This document shows, one piece after another, positions 13,625 to 27,029 of a stretch of DNA of 64,000 nucleotides. The stretch covers positions 22,320,001 to 22,384,000 of the forward strand of contig NW_027266308.1 in assembly GCF_022045235.1 (NCBI RefSeq), given 5' to 3'. Origin of the DNA: Haliotis cracherodii. Taxonomy: Eukaryota. The notes under the pieces are model-generated. The model saw only the letters and a list, made by a program, of their open reading frames with translations, was not told the DNA's origin and searched no databases. Position 1 is the stretch's first letter. Each line of letters begins with the position of its first letter. The translations under genes and the position numbers were made by a program.

Positions 13625-14035
13625 GCACTATGGTGATGGATCAATTAGCTTATGTTAGCTTAGTCTACAACAACACCGGTTATCATGTGAGTGCAAGATA
13701 CGGAGATACGTTCAAAAATGGAACACCAGGTTGAAGATCATGAGATGGGATGATAGTAGTTTAGTAATGTCATTTGTGTGTTTATATACTTACCATGATA
13801 CGGATGTGGTACACTGCATGACAAATGATGCTATCTCAAAGATACGAGTAATTTATTGGGTTGCATCTACTCCAAGTGAGATAGGTATCTTCGGTGCCGG
13901 ATACACAAATGTGCTACATTTGGAAAGTGTGAGTAAATGGGTTTAACGCCGCTTCGAAAATTATTGTAGCGGAACGATGGTTTTGGAAAGAAGTCAGAAT
14001 TGTAGCAGGTCCATCACGTTTATCACATCGTAGTT

Positions 14036-14400
14036 TCAGGGCACCACAGAGGCCCAGTCTGACAGAATCCCAGCAATGGATGACTCAACATATACTGTAT
14101 TTACTCTACCATGCTGGTCTATCTTCTTAAACAAGAATACACTTATGCTGATCCAGAATAGGACACGGTTACCAGTGGACGTTTTCCTAAAACACAAACA
14201 GAACATCTTTTTCATGGCTGTAATGACTGTAATACAGGTCTTAGTTGCATGTTGAGGTTGGTCGTGTCTCTCTGGATCTCCATCTGGAGACGGCCGAACT
14301 GGTCGTCCTCTGGACGCGGCCATCTTTGATGATGGGTTGGTTCTGTCTCTTGTCCGTGGTGAATGTTGACGTCCTCCATCCAAGCCTTGTGTATATAGGT
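14036..14400 (-). pseudogene. Deleted/frameshifted G1-type SLC46 exon-1 fragment
   Basis: Collinear patches of G1 exon 1 (MEDVNIHHGQETEP; FRKTSTGNRVLFWISISVFLFK) joined by large deletions; upstream flank 14450-14700 is homologous to G1 flank 6190-6400/6570-6680. Confidence 0.85.
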
Positions 14401-15520
14401 TATTACGAATCCAATACAGGTTATCATTCGACGCCTACCATTGATAGATATGGGACACACTCGATTGATACATCATATTGCATACGCGCATATTCCACAT
14501 CAGGGTCATATTTACATGTTGTTGCTTTCAAACTTTTTCCACACAATTTGATGACAATTAATGACAAGCTAGTATGGATGTTTGATAGTGTGGAAGAACC
14601 TAAGACGTTCCAAATATGTTACCTTATGATCTTATACACCCATTACCGGACAACATGTACTATGGGCCCATGACACCATTGATAATATGAAACCGTTTTA
14701 TCAAAGAGTGATTCGAGGTATATTTAACGTCATTATTATCAAGNNNNNNNNNNNNNNNNNNNNNNNNNNNNNNNNNNNNNNNNNNNNNNNNNNNNNNNNN
14801 NNNNNNNNNNNNNNNNNNNNNNNNNNNNNNNNNNNNNNNNNNNNNNNNNNNNNNNNNNNNNNNNNNNNNNNNNNNNNNNNNNNNNNNNNNNGGGTTGAAT
14901 AACCATCCAACGCCTGTCTTCGTGTATTTGCTTTTATGTGACGTCACATCAAGTTGACGGCTTGCGTTTTCAACAGTACGGCGTGTGCTGTGTTGTTCCG
15001 GCAGACTGCAAGCACGGACGCAGGGGTGTGTTTATCTCATTTTGATGTTTAATATGAAGTGATACAGGTAGTAAACGCTGATCTCTATGGTGAAACTCAC
15101 GGGCACGGAATGGTGCTGAATTACAAAGAATCAAAATCAGGGCAAAATCATATTTCGAGCCCAGTATAACAGGGGGCACTACTCAGCACAGGGAATTGCT
15201 CATGAGATTAGTGGGCCACCTGAACCTCTTTTAAGGAAGAAAATCATTCAAGCAATGCAAATATATTAGTATGTGTAACTAAATTATTAAAGTAGATCAC
15301 ACGTTACATGTATTCTGATTTAAAATTTCTAATTGGGCAGGATCAAGACACGTTCCTGTGGTCACTGTAACTTACTACTTTAAGTTACACGTAACTACTT
15401 AATATTAATTCTGCTGCAAATAGATGAAGAATGCAGCCTTAATCAATATGTATCTATTAATTCATATCCATTCATTTAGCACACAAATGTTTGATCTTGT
15501 TTTCCACGTATCATAGTTAC

Positions 15521-17131
15521 AGAGATTACTACACGAGTGTCAGTCAGATACCATTGATCTTACAACGAGTTGTGTCAAAACGTATCTAACTCGCTTTCGC
15601 TCGTTAGATACGCTGTATAACAACGAGTTGTAAGATCAATGGTATCTGACATACACGAGTACAGTAATCTGTTTCTTACACACCCTAAAATGGCACCTTT
15701 TTAGCATCGGATCGATGCATTTTGTATATTCTCATGATCGCAGTGGCGCATTAATACATAAAACCATTGTCATAAGTTACGTCGTTCCATGTACTGCTTA
15801 CTACTCATAAATAATGTGACCCTACACAAAACAGGTCTTCGCCATGTCTGTGGATTATCAAGGCGATGATGATAATGCAAACAAGACAAAAACAAAGAAC
15901 ACGCTGGATGCCGAGTTAAAAGTTCACACCTCAAAGAAATTACCAAATATGTACAACAATGTTTACTTCTGTATGACATCACTACCGGTGACCGACTTTT
16001 GCAAAATGGCGTGTACACTGACAACAGTACGCGGAATTTCCAGAGAAGGATTTTCGTTGATTGAGGGATCGTATATACATAAATGTGTCACGTAAGTAAT
16101 CAGAAACATTCTGACAATCTGTGTACTGTTATTGGTTTACCATGTTTTCCAATGTAACAAAGAGAATTAGTCAGAAATGCAGATAACTACCGTCGTCGTT
16201 GTGCGTGATTTGGCGTCAGTCATGGCGTCACACTTGTACGGTTTCTATTGAATTTACCACATCATTGTAATGTCTATTTTTGGAATTCCATTATTAGTGC
16301 AAAGACACTCTTCCCATGCATATTCTCAAACACGTGATCGAGCCAATGCATGCAACAATTAGACAAAAGTACCTCTAAACATGCAACACAGTGTAAAATC
16401 TTTTGCTTTGTTTATATTTCAGCAAGTACAGTTTTCCGAGCACAGTGTTCGTTTCCACACCTTATATATTTCGCATGATTTCATCTAGCTAATTTGCATT
16501 GGTGACAAATTTGTCATTTGTTTCTAACATATATGAGGAATTCAGGGGTGTATGTATAGCATCTGAGTTTGAAATATACCTGATCGAATAGGCGTCTCAT
16601 AACCGGCATTTTGTAAACACAATCCAATATGGCGGAACGTACACTATGCGTTCGTGAATGCGTATTTTCCAAAACATTCTAAACGATTCTAGGCTTATCA
16701 GCGACGTTGCAGTATTATCATTAGTGATTTGATACCTGTGATCACTAATATGCTATTTTTCTACTTTAATTATTTGAGTAAATATCCAATATTTACATTT
16801 CAAAACACACAGTAAATAACGCCGTTAATAAGATTTGGCTAGATTTACAATGTACCTAACTTTCAGAAGTGACTTTCAGTAATTTTCCTTTGTCTGAAAT
16901 GACAGTAAATGATAAACAGAAGAGTGAATTCAAAACTGCGAAGTGTTTTAGTTTGCGTGATGTATTTTTAATTTTGTTCGACTTCGAAGTGAGGGTTGAA
17001 GAGGAGGGACATTTGTGTGGCTGTGGCATCCAGGGGGTGCATTACACTTTAAAAAATGATAACGTTGACATAACAGCAGATAATGTAACTGATAATAATA
17101 ACAAACAAACTCGCAGGCGAGGACGAGTTTG

Positions 17132-17175
<44 letters not shown>

Positions 17176-17396
17176 CAATTAATACACGGTCCTGTGGTTC
17201 AACAAGGCGTAGGTGAACATTCGACTGAAGCACGAGCATCTTATCAATGATTTACAATCAGAAAATTAGTCCGTCATCATCTGACCTCAGGTCATCACCA
17301 TGGAGTAGCTCATCACGGGCCTGGAATTCGATCTCACACATATGTTTGATACCAATTATCTCGAATGGGTTTCTTACCCACAGGTGTGTAAGAAAC
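15521..17396. mobile_element. Non-autonomous insertion with long terminal palindrome (Crypton-like)
   Basis: Hairpin 15523-15670; IR GTTTCTTACACACC (15671) / GGTGTGTAAGAAAC (17383); absent from paralogous sites ~8112 and ~26962; internal (TTA)n. Confidence 0.75.
17133..17173. repeat. (TTA)n microsatellite
   Basis: Direct read. Confidence 0.95.
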
Positions 17397-17475
17397 AAAT
17401 ATTATATGATTTCTTTAGAATATACTGCTTGGGTCACGGGTTAGATACATCAGGATAACTTTCATGGTGTCATCG

Positions 17476-20400
17476 CTACTTGTTTAGTGACTTCAGTTCG
17501 ACTTTGGTTGGAGGCACAACACCAGACTCCGATACTTGTGTGTCTTCTCTCGAGATGAAGAGGAATACACTGTCAACATAAACAAAGACGTGACAGAAAG
17601 TGCCAAATTACCCGGTTAAGAACGCTATCCGCATGGAAGTATACAAAGGCACAACTGCATTTGTAACCACGATCCTTGGCTAATTACTGATGAAGGTTAA
17701 ATATTATTATTTTAATTTTCGTATGGTGACGTTTCTAAAATATGTTTTCATAAACCATAGACGTGGAGCAACATTGAACATTGAGAATAATGCTTGCTAA
17801 ACCTACAGTAGGGACACACGGAGTATCATGACATCACGATACAGATACTTATTTGGGAACCATTTCCTTTTCTCAGATGAAAACAACAACAGGCCCAACA
17901 AAAGATTAAGCAAACTGAATGCATCTAACTGCTTCTTGACATTTGTCCACATTTAGTAAAATTAGTTTGTCACACAACATATAGCAATGTACCGATACAG
18001 TAAATCGTTTAAGCAATAGTTAATACTGTGTGAATAACCTTTCAATGAAATACTTTCAGGTGATATACAATGAATTTACAGGACAAAACAAGTGAACAAA
18101 ACAATATTGATAATTACTGATCAGCTGTATTGATGAAAGTGGTTATATATGATTCTTCATAACAATCATTTCATGAAAGTTAATCAGCCATAGTTCTTAC
18201 ATAATACAAGCGGCACAGATAATTGCGATTCCGACCATTACGATGAAAACTGCTCCTCTCAAAGAGTCAACAGTAGCGTGATAGACGGTGTTGTACATCG
18301 TTGCCGACAGCGTGCTACAGATACTCTCCATGACAGCAATGCTGGAGAACAGAGCACCTGCAACAACATGGTAAAGATCTCAGTCCATCATCTTGTCCAC
18401 GCAGGCAGTACACTATTTGTGTGGTGATATTGTTATATTATCATTCCTGGTGTAATGCATACATTTATTAATATGTTATCTCATTTGGATATCGTTCAAA
18501 TACAAGGTTGTATCTATCAGGATAGGTAAATCACGTGGTCTTATGTCGGCTTCTCCTATCACTTGCTAGACAGTATACCCGTCCGCATTAAAACGCAATT
18601 TGAGAACGAACCTTTGTTTATGAAATACATTACGTTGATTATTTATCGGTCTTTATTGCTTGTTAGAAAAGATGGGGACTGTGGGGATTTCATTACCCAC
18701 ACATGCGAGTCCCTAATTAAACATTTGGCTACCATGAGACGATCGTTGTTAATGCAAATTCAAATAAAATGGAATGTTCGGAAAGATGTCTGTCTTGTTG
18801 TTTTACCTTGTTCCATCGGGGACGTCATCTTTGACATAACTGATCGTGCAACAGGGACAACGGTAAATGATAAGAGGGAGATCAGTGGTACTGCAACGAA
18901 AATATGGGTTATTTTGGATTTGACGTATTTTGTCATAGGTTGTCACTCATTCTAATAAATGTGAATAATGATGATTTTTGTGAAAACAAACAAGAGTATT
19001 ATTGATTTTCATGAAATTTGGGTCATATCGCTTTGGATACAATAAACACTTGAACCTTGAATCCAGAGAAACCGAGAGTAGAAACGGGTCAAGTCAGCAT
19101 AATGTGTCAAGGTCCAGCGTGGACGCGAAGTGAAGTCAACTAATGTATTTTCACGCCATAAATCTCCATTGCATATTACACCAGATTGTAAATATTCGAG
19201 TTTGGCCAGATAATTCAGTAATTGATAGTGGATTTAACTGTCCACGCTCTCGGGGATGTCCTGTGGCAAGGTTTGTTACCCCCCGTACCCACATTCAGAT
19301 AATTTGTGTCTGGTGATCAAGAGGACTCCAACTCTATTTGGAAGCTTGTGTGAGTGGCTCTGGACTTCTTTTAGCTTTATGCCAGCCATGTCACGGAGGG
19401 TGACACCAATAACGGACTGCAAACAGTGAACTCAGACTAGGTTTTAAATATGAATATATACACATGCTTATGAATTCTTTTATATGTACATAAAAGCCAA
19501 GAAAACCATTTCCATAATCATAAGAAATCTAATACGATTCCGACAATGTTAGAAGCATGTGTTTATGAATCGCTATCAATAAGTGATGACACTAGGTGTT
19601 CGCGAAAAGGCGAGTTTATCCTGCCCCACTGGTGGGTCCAGTCACAAACACATGCAAAAGCAAGTCAAGTATTCACCTGAACAAACATAGGAACATACGG
19701 TACAAGTCAATATACACAATTGCAAGGTAGTTCAACCTCAAAAGTAAAATGAGTAAAAGATCTTCCGCAATATAGTCATCCCTGGAACAGGTCATTGTGA
19801 CCTATGTGTTTACATTAATAAACGAAATTTTAGGGCACAAAATAAATATATAACTACGGAGAGAATCTAATCGTAAACACCTAAAGTTATATCACTATTA
19901 AGATTTAACATGAATTTATGTTCAGTATGGCGGTTTTAATGTAATGAAGATGGTCACACTTCTCACAAAACATACCTAAATACAGCATCCAATCGTTGAC
20001 GGCCAGTCCCTCCACCACGAAGGATGCTGCGCCGAAGGCCAGTCCTATTAATGCAATTGTCATGTCTCGGAAGCAAGGTTGTAAAAGCTTGAGTCCAACT
20101 AGGCCACATACAACACTGAAGGACAGTTTGATAGCACCATAGTAGCCGATTTTCAGAGAGCTCCAACAAAATGGCTTGTCTAATTGATACAAAGTTTCTA
20201 CATTTGACCGTCCAAGCATTTGGAAAGTTCCAAAAAAGAATATAAGGAGTGCTAGTATATACATGGCTCGCTGTTTACCTGAGCCTCGTGTGAAGAAGAA
20301 TCCAAAAACCTTCTTGATGTGTGGCATTGGAGACCACCGTTTCTCCATCTTATTGGTCATAGTTTCAGGCAGGAGTGTTATTACCAAGATCAGTCCCAGA

Positions 20401-21113
20401 CCAAAGATGGCAGTAATCATTATAGCAGCGTACAGGTAGTTGACACTATGTATGATGAATCCAACGGCCAATTGACCAATAGACCCTGCCACAGCAAAGC
20501 TACCCTCCACCAGAGCTATCATGACAGTGCGTTTCTTTCCAGGCTCAGTCACATCTGCTGTGTATGCAAACACAGCCAGGAGATATCCGCTGAACGACCC
20601 AGTGAGACCCTCCAAAACATAGCCCAAATATAACCAGCCAAGGGGAAATCGAAACGCTATTACAAGACACAACATTGTTCCTTTCAGGACAGCCCCTAGG
20701 GTAGGTATGAAAAATAAGAATTTCCGGCCAAGGAAGTCGGAGTAGGATCCAATGACTAGGTTGATGAAGATGGAAGCAATGGATCCAGAGAGTGATAAGT
20801 ACAGCAGGATATCCGATGACTGTTGTTGGGTCTTGATTCCAATCAGATTATCATGGTTGCTTTTATTTCGGTCGCAAGTGTCAGAGCTGAAACTTTCGTT
20901 TGTGTTGTAATTGTAGGACTCAGCAATACGCTCCCGGATGAACTGGCTGAGAAATGGCGAGAAGGATATGACACCAGACATATAAATCACCGATACTATC
21001 CCGCAAGTCACCATAGCCCTTAGCAAGGGCACACTCTTGGCATCATTATAATCGACATCAATAACGTTTGCTTTGGAGCTACCAGCCTTTCCCATACTGC
21101 TCATGTTTAACAT
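17476..21113 (-). CDS. G3: SLC46-family MFS transporter, recent paralog of G2, ~490 aa
   Basis: Exons 21113-19976, 18890-18807 (84 bp), 18357-18201 (157 bp), 17569-17476 (TAG); GT-AG, in frame; near-identical protein to G2. Confidence 0.92.
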
Positions 21114-21743
21114 GCACTATGGTGATGCATCAGTTAGCTTATGGGACCAGTCCTGAACAACCAAGGTTATCACATGAGTTCCATGGTGTTAGAGATACGT
21201 TCAAAACATGGAACACCAGGTGATAGTAGTTTAGTAACGCCCTCTTCTGTGTGTTTAAATACTTATCATGTCATGAATGTGGTAGATTGTATGACAAATG
21301 ATGCTACCTCAAAGATATGAGTAATTTATTTGCGTTGCATCTCCTCCAAGTAAACTCAGTATCTTCCGTGCCGGAAACACAAATGCGCTACATTTGGAAT
21401 GAGTGAGTGAGTTGGGTTAAACGCCTCGTCGAACATTATTTCAATAATACCACGGTGTTTGGCGGAAGTTGCAGATCCATGACGCTGATGACGTAGTGAT
21501 GACGAAAAATTATTAATAGTCAGGCAAAACGTGACACGAACCGAAGATTAATGGAGGCGTAGGAAGAAACTCTGCATATTAGTAACGGAACACTAATAAC
21601 CCATTACATAATGTGGCATGCAATTTGATAAATAGTACTATGAAAGTTATCTCTCTACATTTGAATACCAGTTGTTATAAGTTATAGATATGTGTTTGAA
21701 GTTGTTCATAGTGTATAATCCATGGCTTAGCTCATGATCAAGA

Positions 21744-22123
21744 GGTGAGGTGAGGTGAGGTGAGGTGAGGTGAGGTGAGGTGAGGTGAGGTGAGGTGAAA
21801 TGGGGTTTCACATCTCGTCAAAGATTATTGCACTTATATAGCGACGTGCATGCACGTGTGTGTATGTGTGGCTGCTTGTACTATTCCGGACTGATGCCGA
21901 TTTATAGTGCTAGTACACTGAGATACCATGCCGCAGTTTAACATGAATACCCCACTCAGACACAGTATACTGACTCCGAGCCGACCAGTCCTTGTTTTAG
22001 CCCCTTAATGTCGGGCGCCAGACAGGATAACAACAAGTACCATCTTTTGATGTCTTTTGGTATGACGCGGCCGAGGGTCGAACATCCGGGCGGACGCTCT
22101 ACCACTAGACCAAGGAGGCGGTC
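21744..22123 (-). mobile_element. SINE family 4 (tRNA head, (CCTCA)n tail)
   Basis: A box TGGTCTAGTGG, partially deleted head, (GTGAG)n run 21745-21799, 12-bp TSD TCATGATCAAGA. Confidence 0.88.
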
Positions 22124-22559
22124 TTCATGATCAAGAAACATTTTCCACAGGTCATAGGGGACTGGAACAACACCACATATATATGTGTATATGTAGGTCA
22201 TGTTGATCTTCTAAAAGGGCACACCGACGGGCAAAAGAAAGTATACACTTGAAGTTAGATTTGACAATAACATTACACATTTTTTATATGAAAACGTTAC
22301 TAGACTGTAACAGTCGCCGAAACACTTCAAACGTAAGATCCAAAACGCAACTATGATACCATGATAAATCCCCATCGTATAGGGAGGGCCCGTCAGTCTC
22401 GCGAAGCGCTACTACCGGACCCAGCATTTCCGATGACATGCCTTACTCATGAACTAGTTCTGCTTTCGAAATGCGTGCGTAACCACCAATGCTAACTTTG
22501 CTAGACAGGACCAAGTATACAACCACTGTTTACTACGATTTTCAATTCTATTTGCTCAA

Positions 22560-24330
22560 AAGAACAACTTTCCAAGTATGTCCAAAGTGGACGAATTGTT
22601 CTACATTCAAAAAACACATGTAGTATAGTTTCTAATTCTAATGTACAAAAGTCACATGTTTCATTGTTGACATAATCCATTTTTTTAACAAATTGTTAGT
22701 TGGTAAGATGTTGTGTAGGATTTTGTATTGAAACCTCTGCAGTGGAGTGTGCCCTGTACATCTAAACGGGATCATGTTGTATTTTAGCAATATATATCTG
22801 GAGAAACGTGTCTGCAGTTAGTATGATAATGTTCTAGATATGTTGATTCGTACGGCAGTGGTTCTCAATTAATGTTGTGTAGAAATAGCGTGACTCCTTT
22901 CTTCTTTCAGTTGATTAAATAAATCGGGTGGAGGAGGGGGAGGTTCAATCTTTGGTCAGTCTTAAGTTTGGAGATATGTTGGTATTGACATCATAAATCT
23001 CTTTGACTCTCGGAAAGGTCAGAAACTGGCCAATTTTGTCTATTAAATCGTTGATGAACATTGGTATATTTCTTTTGAAATATAGTACACCGTATTGATC
23101 TTTTCTTGTAATACCGTCTTATTATTAAAAACCTTTGAGCTTGAATTAATTCTTTGATTTTTGGAACTCCTGGATCCTGGTCGCCCTGATGACAGTCTCC
23201 CGAAACATTAAAGAATTCGGAGCCGAAGCCATTTATCAATAGACCAGATTCAATTGCGTTTTAAAATATTATCATCCATTTACGCATAGATGACCCAAAT
23301 TTGAAGAAAGCTAACGTCTTATTTATACATTTCTATTCGACAGCATCAAATGCCTCTGTTTATTCCATCAAGTCAAAGACAAATCTACTTATTTCTCTGA
23401 CATATTTGGTCTTCATTAATAATGATGTCAAGTACTGATTTCATTCTGTTGGATATAGTTAATGATCCAGTTTCATACAAAATTGAAAGTAGTGATATCA
23501 GTCTCAAACTTTTAAGGAAGTATTTTGGTTTATTTCATTTTGTATGCAAGTTATAAACCCTTCTTTCCGAGAGACTGATAGCGATCCTTGTCTGAAAGCT
23601 GCATTCAACGATCGAATAAGACATTTTCCTAGGTCTAACCCAAAAATCGTAATGTATTCTGCTGTAAATCCATCCGGGCCAGGATTTTTCTCATTTTTTA
23701 AGGATTTTACAGGAGTAGTACTTCGTCATAACTGAGTTCCCCTTCTATGTTTGCTGCCGTATTATCTGAAAGTTTAGGAATATGAACATTATCTAATAGA
23801 TTGTTTAGATCAACACTTGAAACTTCTTGTTTTGTGCAGGTTTTTGTAGAATGATCTCACTTCATTCTGAATCTCTTGTTGCTTCGTTATTCTATTTCCA
23901 CTAACGGTTTCGACGCCCATGTATGCTTTCTTGTTTCCAGGTTCTAGAAATATTTAGATGTTTTTTTCTCCCATTTCCACCCCTAAAGCTTTTGATCTTA
24001 TTAACATACCATTTGTTTTAACCCGACTTATTTCTTTAAGATCTCCATTAATCAGTTTAATTTCACTTACTAAGTGCACTTTTACGTCTCCATATGTTCC
24101 TTATCAAGTGATACATGCAGTTAGCTGTTTCAGTGACGTTTCAGTCAAGTCTTTTTCTCTCTTTTTTTTCGCGTTCCTTTTTTTGGCAGAATATGCTTCT
24201 CGGTTTATCGGAAATAAATAAGGACCCTTTTAATATAATAATTAAAGTCTTCAGAGATCTTATAAACAAACATTGCAAGGATGTAATCATTCATAATGTA
24301 CATATTAGATTAATAGTTGTCTTAAATAAA
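22560..24330 (-). mobile_element. L1/Tx1-type LINE ORF2 remnant
   Basis: Minus-strand remnants KNPGPDGFTAEY (~23657-23690), AFDAVE (~23335-23353), CHQGD (~23180-23200), RLISLLS; heavily degraded, boundaries approximate. Confidence 0.7.
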
Positions 24331-25528
24331 ACCTGAATTTTAATGCACATAACATTATCATCATGATATTGTCACATGTCTTTTTTTATTAACACAGGTC
24401 TTTGCATATGATTACATAGAGATATTACAAGTATTGACAAATATTCACAATTTACTTTGCCCACAGGCACATAGAAGGCCTACTTATTACTTGTCTTTGT
24501 GTCATCTACCCGGGATACAAAAATATGATTCTGTGATGTTGGTTATCAGAGCTGAACATTTAATTTTGGAAAATGGCTCAGGGCCGATGTGATCGAAATT
24601 TGACATAGCATTGTAAGGTGCACAAACGGGGAGCAAAAGTTAATTAATTATTTCTTCTTGACAATAAATAACCAATTAAATCAAACGAGTCGTACAACGA
24701 CTGTTTCTGCTCATATTTCCACGCCATCACCACTGTACGTGTGATGATTAACCGATCAGTAGTGACTTAAACACAGGACGTCTTGACAAAACTGCAACTG
24801 CTTTGAACAGCTACACATGCTATTCGTGCAACCGAACTCCAGTGTTTTAATGTCTGTGACATGTCATGGTTTTCTAAGTTTCACTACTAGCGTGATTAAC
24901 CGGGCTCTGTCCGACATAACACTGCTATCGCAATTGCCATGAAACGTTGTTTGTCACGTAAGTACTAAAACAATGTAAGGTCTGACATAGTCCTGTGACC
25001 TACTTACGAGCCCTATTTCTTGGTTGTTTTGTTTTTTCATTTTAAGCCAGCATGGTGTATATCCCGTACCTTAATTGTGGTTCAATATATTGAATCTAAC
25101 TGGGAACACAATAAGAAGGAAGTTTTTTTCTTTTTAATAATTGATTAGAATTACTGAGATGTGTTTGTCTTTTCTTGTAAAGTAGTATGTTACATATTAT
25201 AAATTAGCTACTTAATACCATCTACTATACTACTTCACTATACGTTTAGATTTATCTGTTGAGACCCTCGAATAGTATTGCAAGCAACAGCTGCAAAATC
25301 ATTGCCATTTGTGGCAAAGTCCACGTACAATCATTTTGTAAAAAAAATTATATAAAAGTGAATGAGTGAGTATTGTTTTTTTGGCACTACTCCAACAATT
25401 TCAAGACAGGGTACAACAGAAAAGGGCTTCACATGGAGAGAATCGAGCCCGGCCGTTGGCATGACCAGTGAATATTTTTACCACCAGGCAACCCCACTGT
25501 GCCTGTAACACCTAGCACATTGACTCAC

Positions 25529-26425
25529 CTAAATTCAACATCCAGTCCACAAAAGCCGTAATACGTTTAGAAGCAGCCGCAGATATGAATCCGAAGATAC
25601 CAACTACACCATCTGTGGACGGCAACACAGCTGAAGTAGTCGACACCGTCCTTCAGGGCACCGTTGAGTCCCAATTTGACAGAATCCCAGCAAAATGGAG
25701 AACAACATATACAAGTTCTCGATATTTACTGTACCATGCTGGTCTTAAACAAGAGTGAGTGAGTGAGTTGTAACGCCGCTTTTAACAGTATTCCAGTTAT
25801 ATCACAGCGTGTCAGCTTAATGTTGGAGGAAAGCCCGAAGTGATGCAGGTCTCAGACGTTTACCACTTCGGTGAAACCCAAGAGCACGGGTATGGTGCTG
25901 ACAAACCTAGAAACATAATAGGGGCGAACCGGGATTCGAACCCACAATCATAGGTTTCTGGCGTGCCCAAGGGACGCAACTCTGCACAGCGAATCGCGGC
26001 GCCTTAGACGACTGGGCCACCCGTGCCCCCTCTTAAACAAGATAACACTTATGCAGATCCAGAATAAGACACAGAGACAATAAGAAGTTTTCCTAAAATA
26101 AAAACCGAACATGTATTTAAATATCGTAATGGGTGAAATCAAGGTCCCAGATGCATGTTGGGGTTGGTGGCGTCTTTCTTAACCTCCATCTAGAGGTGGG
26201 ACTCCTTGGGAGAGCCTGTGGGGAGCCTCCCTTTCTGCAATCGTCCAGTTAGGAAAGTACTTCTCGCTATGTCGCAGGTATAAGTCCTGAGACATGACTG
26301 GATGACACTGAAACAGTCATGGAGGAACAGTTTGAGTGTAACGAGGAACAGACGGCCGAATTGGTCGTCTTCTGGACGCTGCAATCTTTGATGATGGGTT
26401 CTGTCTTACGTCCGTGGTGAATGTT
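25529..26425 (-). pseudogene. Second G1-type SLC46 pseudogene (exon 1 with donor site, deletions, frameshifts, SINE insertion)
   Basis: Matches G1 4921-6060 in patches (RLFLVTL, FGFYFRKTS, FCWDSVKLG, AFVDWML, TTAG|gtgagt). Intron-1 homology continues to ~25240 and upstream flank homology to ~26650. Confidence 0.85.
25755..26030 (-). mobile_element. SINE family 2, full length (tRNA-Leu/Ser-like extended head)
   Basis: GGGGGCACGGGTGGCCCAGTCGTCTAAGGCG...GGGTTCGAATCCC, (ACTC)n tail, 12-bp TSD TCTTAAACAAGA (25743, 26031) inside the pseudogene exon. Confidence 0.9.
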
Positions 26426-27029
26426 GCATATAGGTTATTACGAATCCAATACAGGTTATCATATGACGCCTACCATTGATAGATATGGGACACACTCGTT
26501 TGATACATCATATTGCATACGCGCATATTCACATCAAGGTGATATTTACATATTGTTGCTTTCAAACATTTTCCACACAATTTGATGACAATTAATGACA
26601 ATATCGCGCGGATGTTCTGATAGTGTGGAAGAACCTAAGACGTTCCAAAAAGAGAACTGGACCACCTGAAACCCTTTTTGGGGAAAATCATAAAAGCACT
26701 GTAAATATATTAGTACGTGTTACCAAATTATTAAAATAGATCACACGTAACATGTATTCTGATTTGAAATTTCTGATTGAGCAGGACACGTTCCTGTGGT
26801 CAACGTAACTTACTTAATGAAGCTACGTGTAACTACTTAAAATTAATTCTGCTGCAAATAGATGAAGAATTGCGAATGCAGCCTAAATCAATTTTTATTC
26901 ATTAACACATATCCATTCATCTAGTATACAAATGTTTGATCTTGCTCTCCACGTATCATAGTCACAAACAAAATATGATGTCTTTAGAATGTACTGCTTG
27001 GGTCACGGGTTAGATTATCAGGATAACTT

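Noticed and set aside
16869-17239. Poly-Leu/Ile/Asn ORFs (also poly-RE at 56208, poly-HT at 61731, poly-G/P at 48543)
   Set aside because: Translations of microsatellites.
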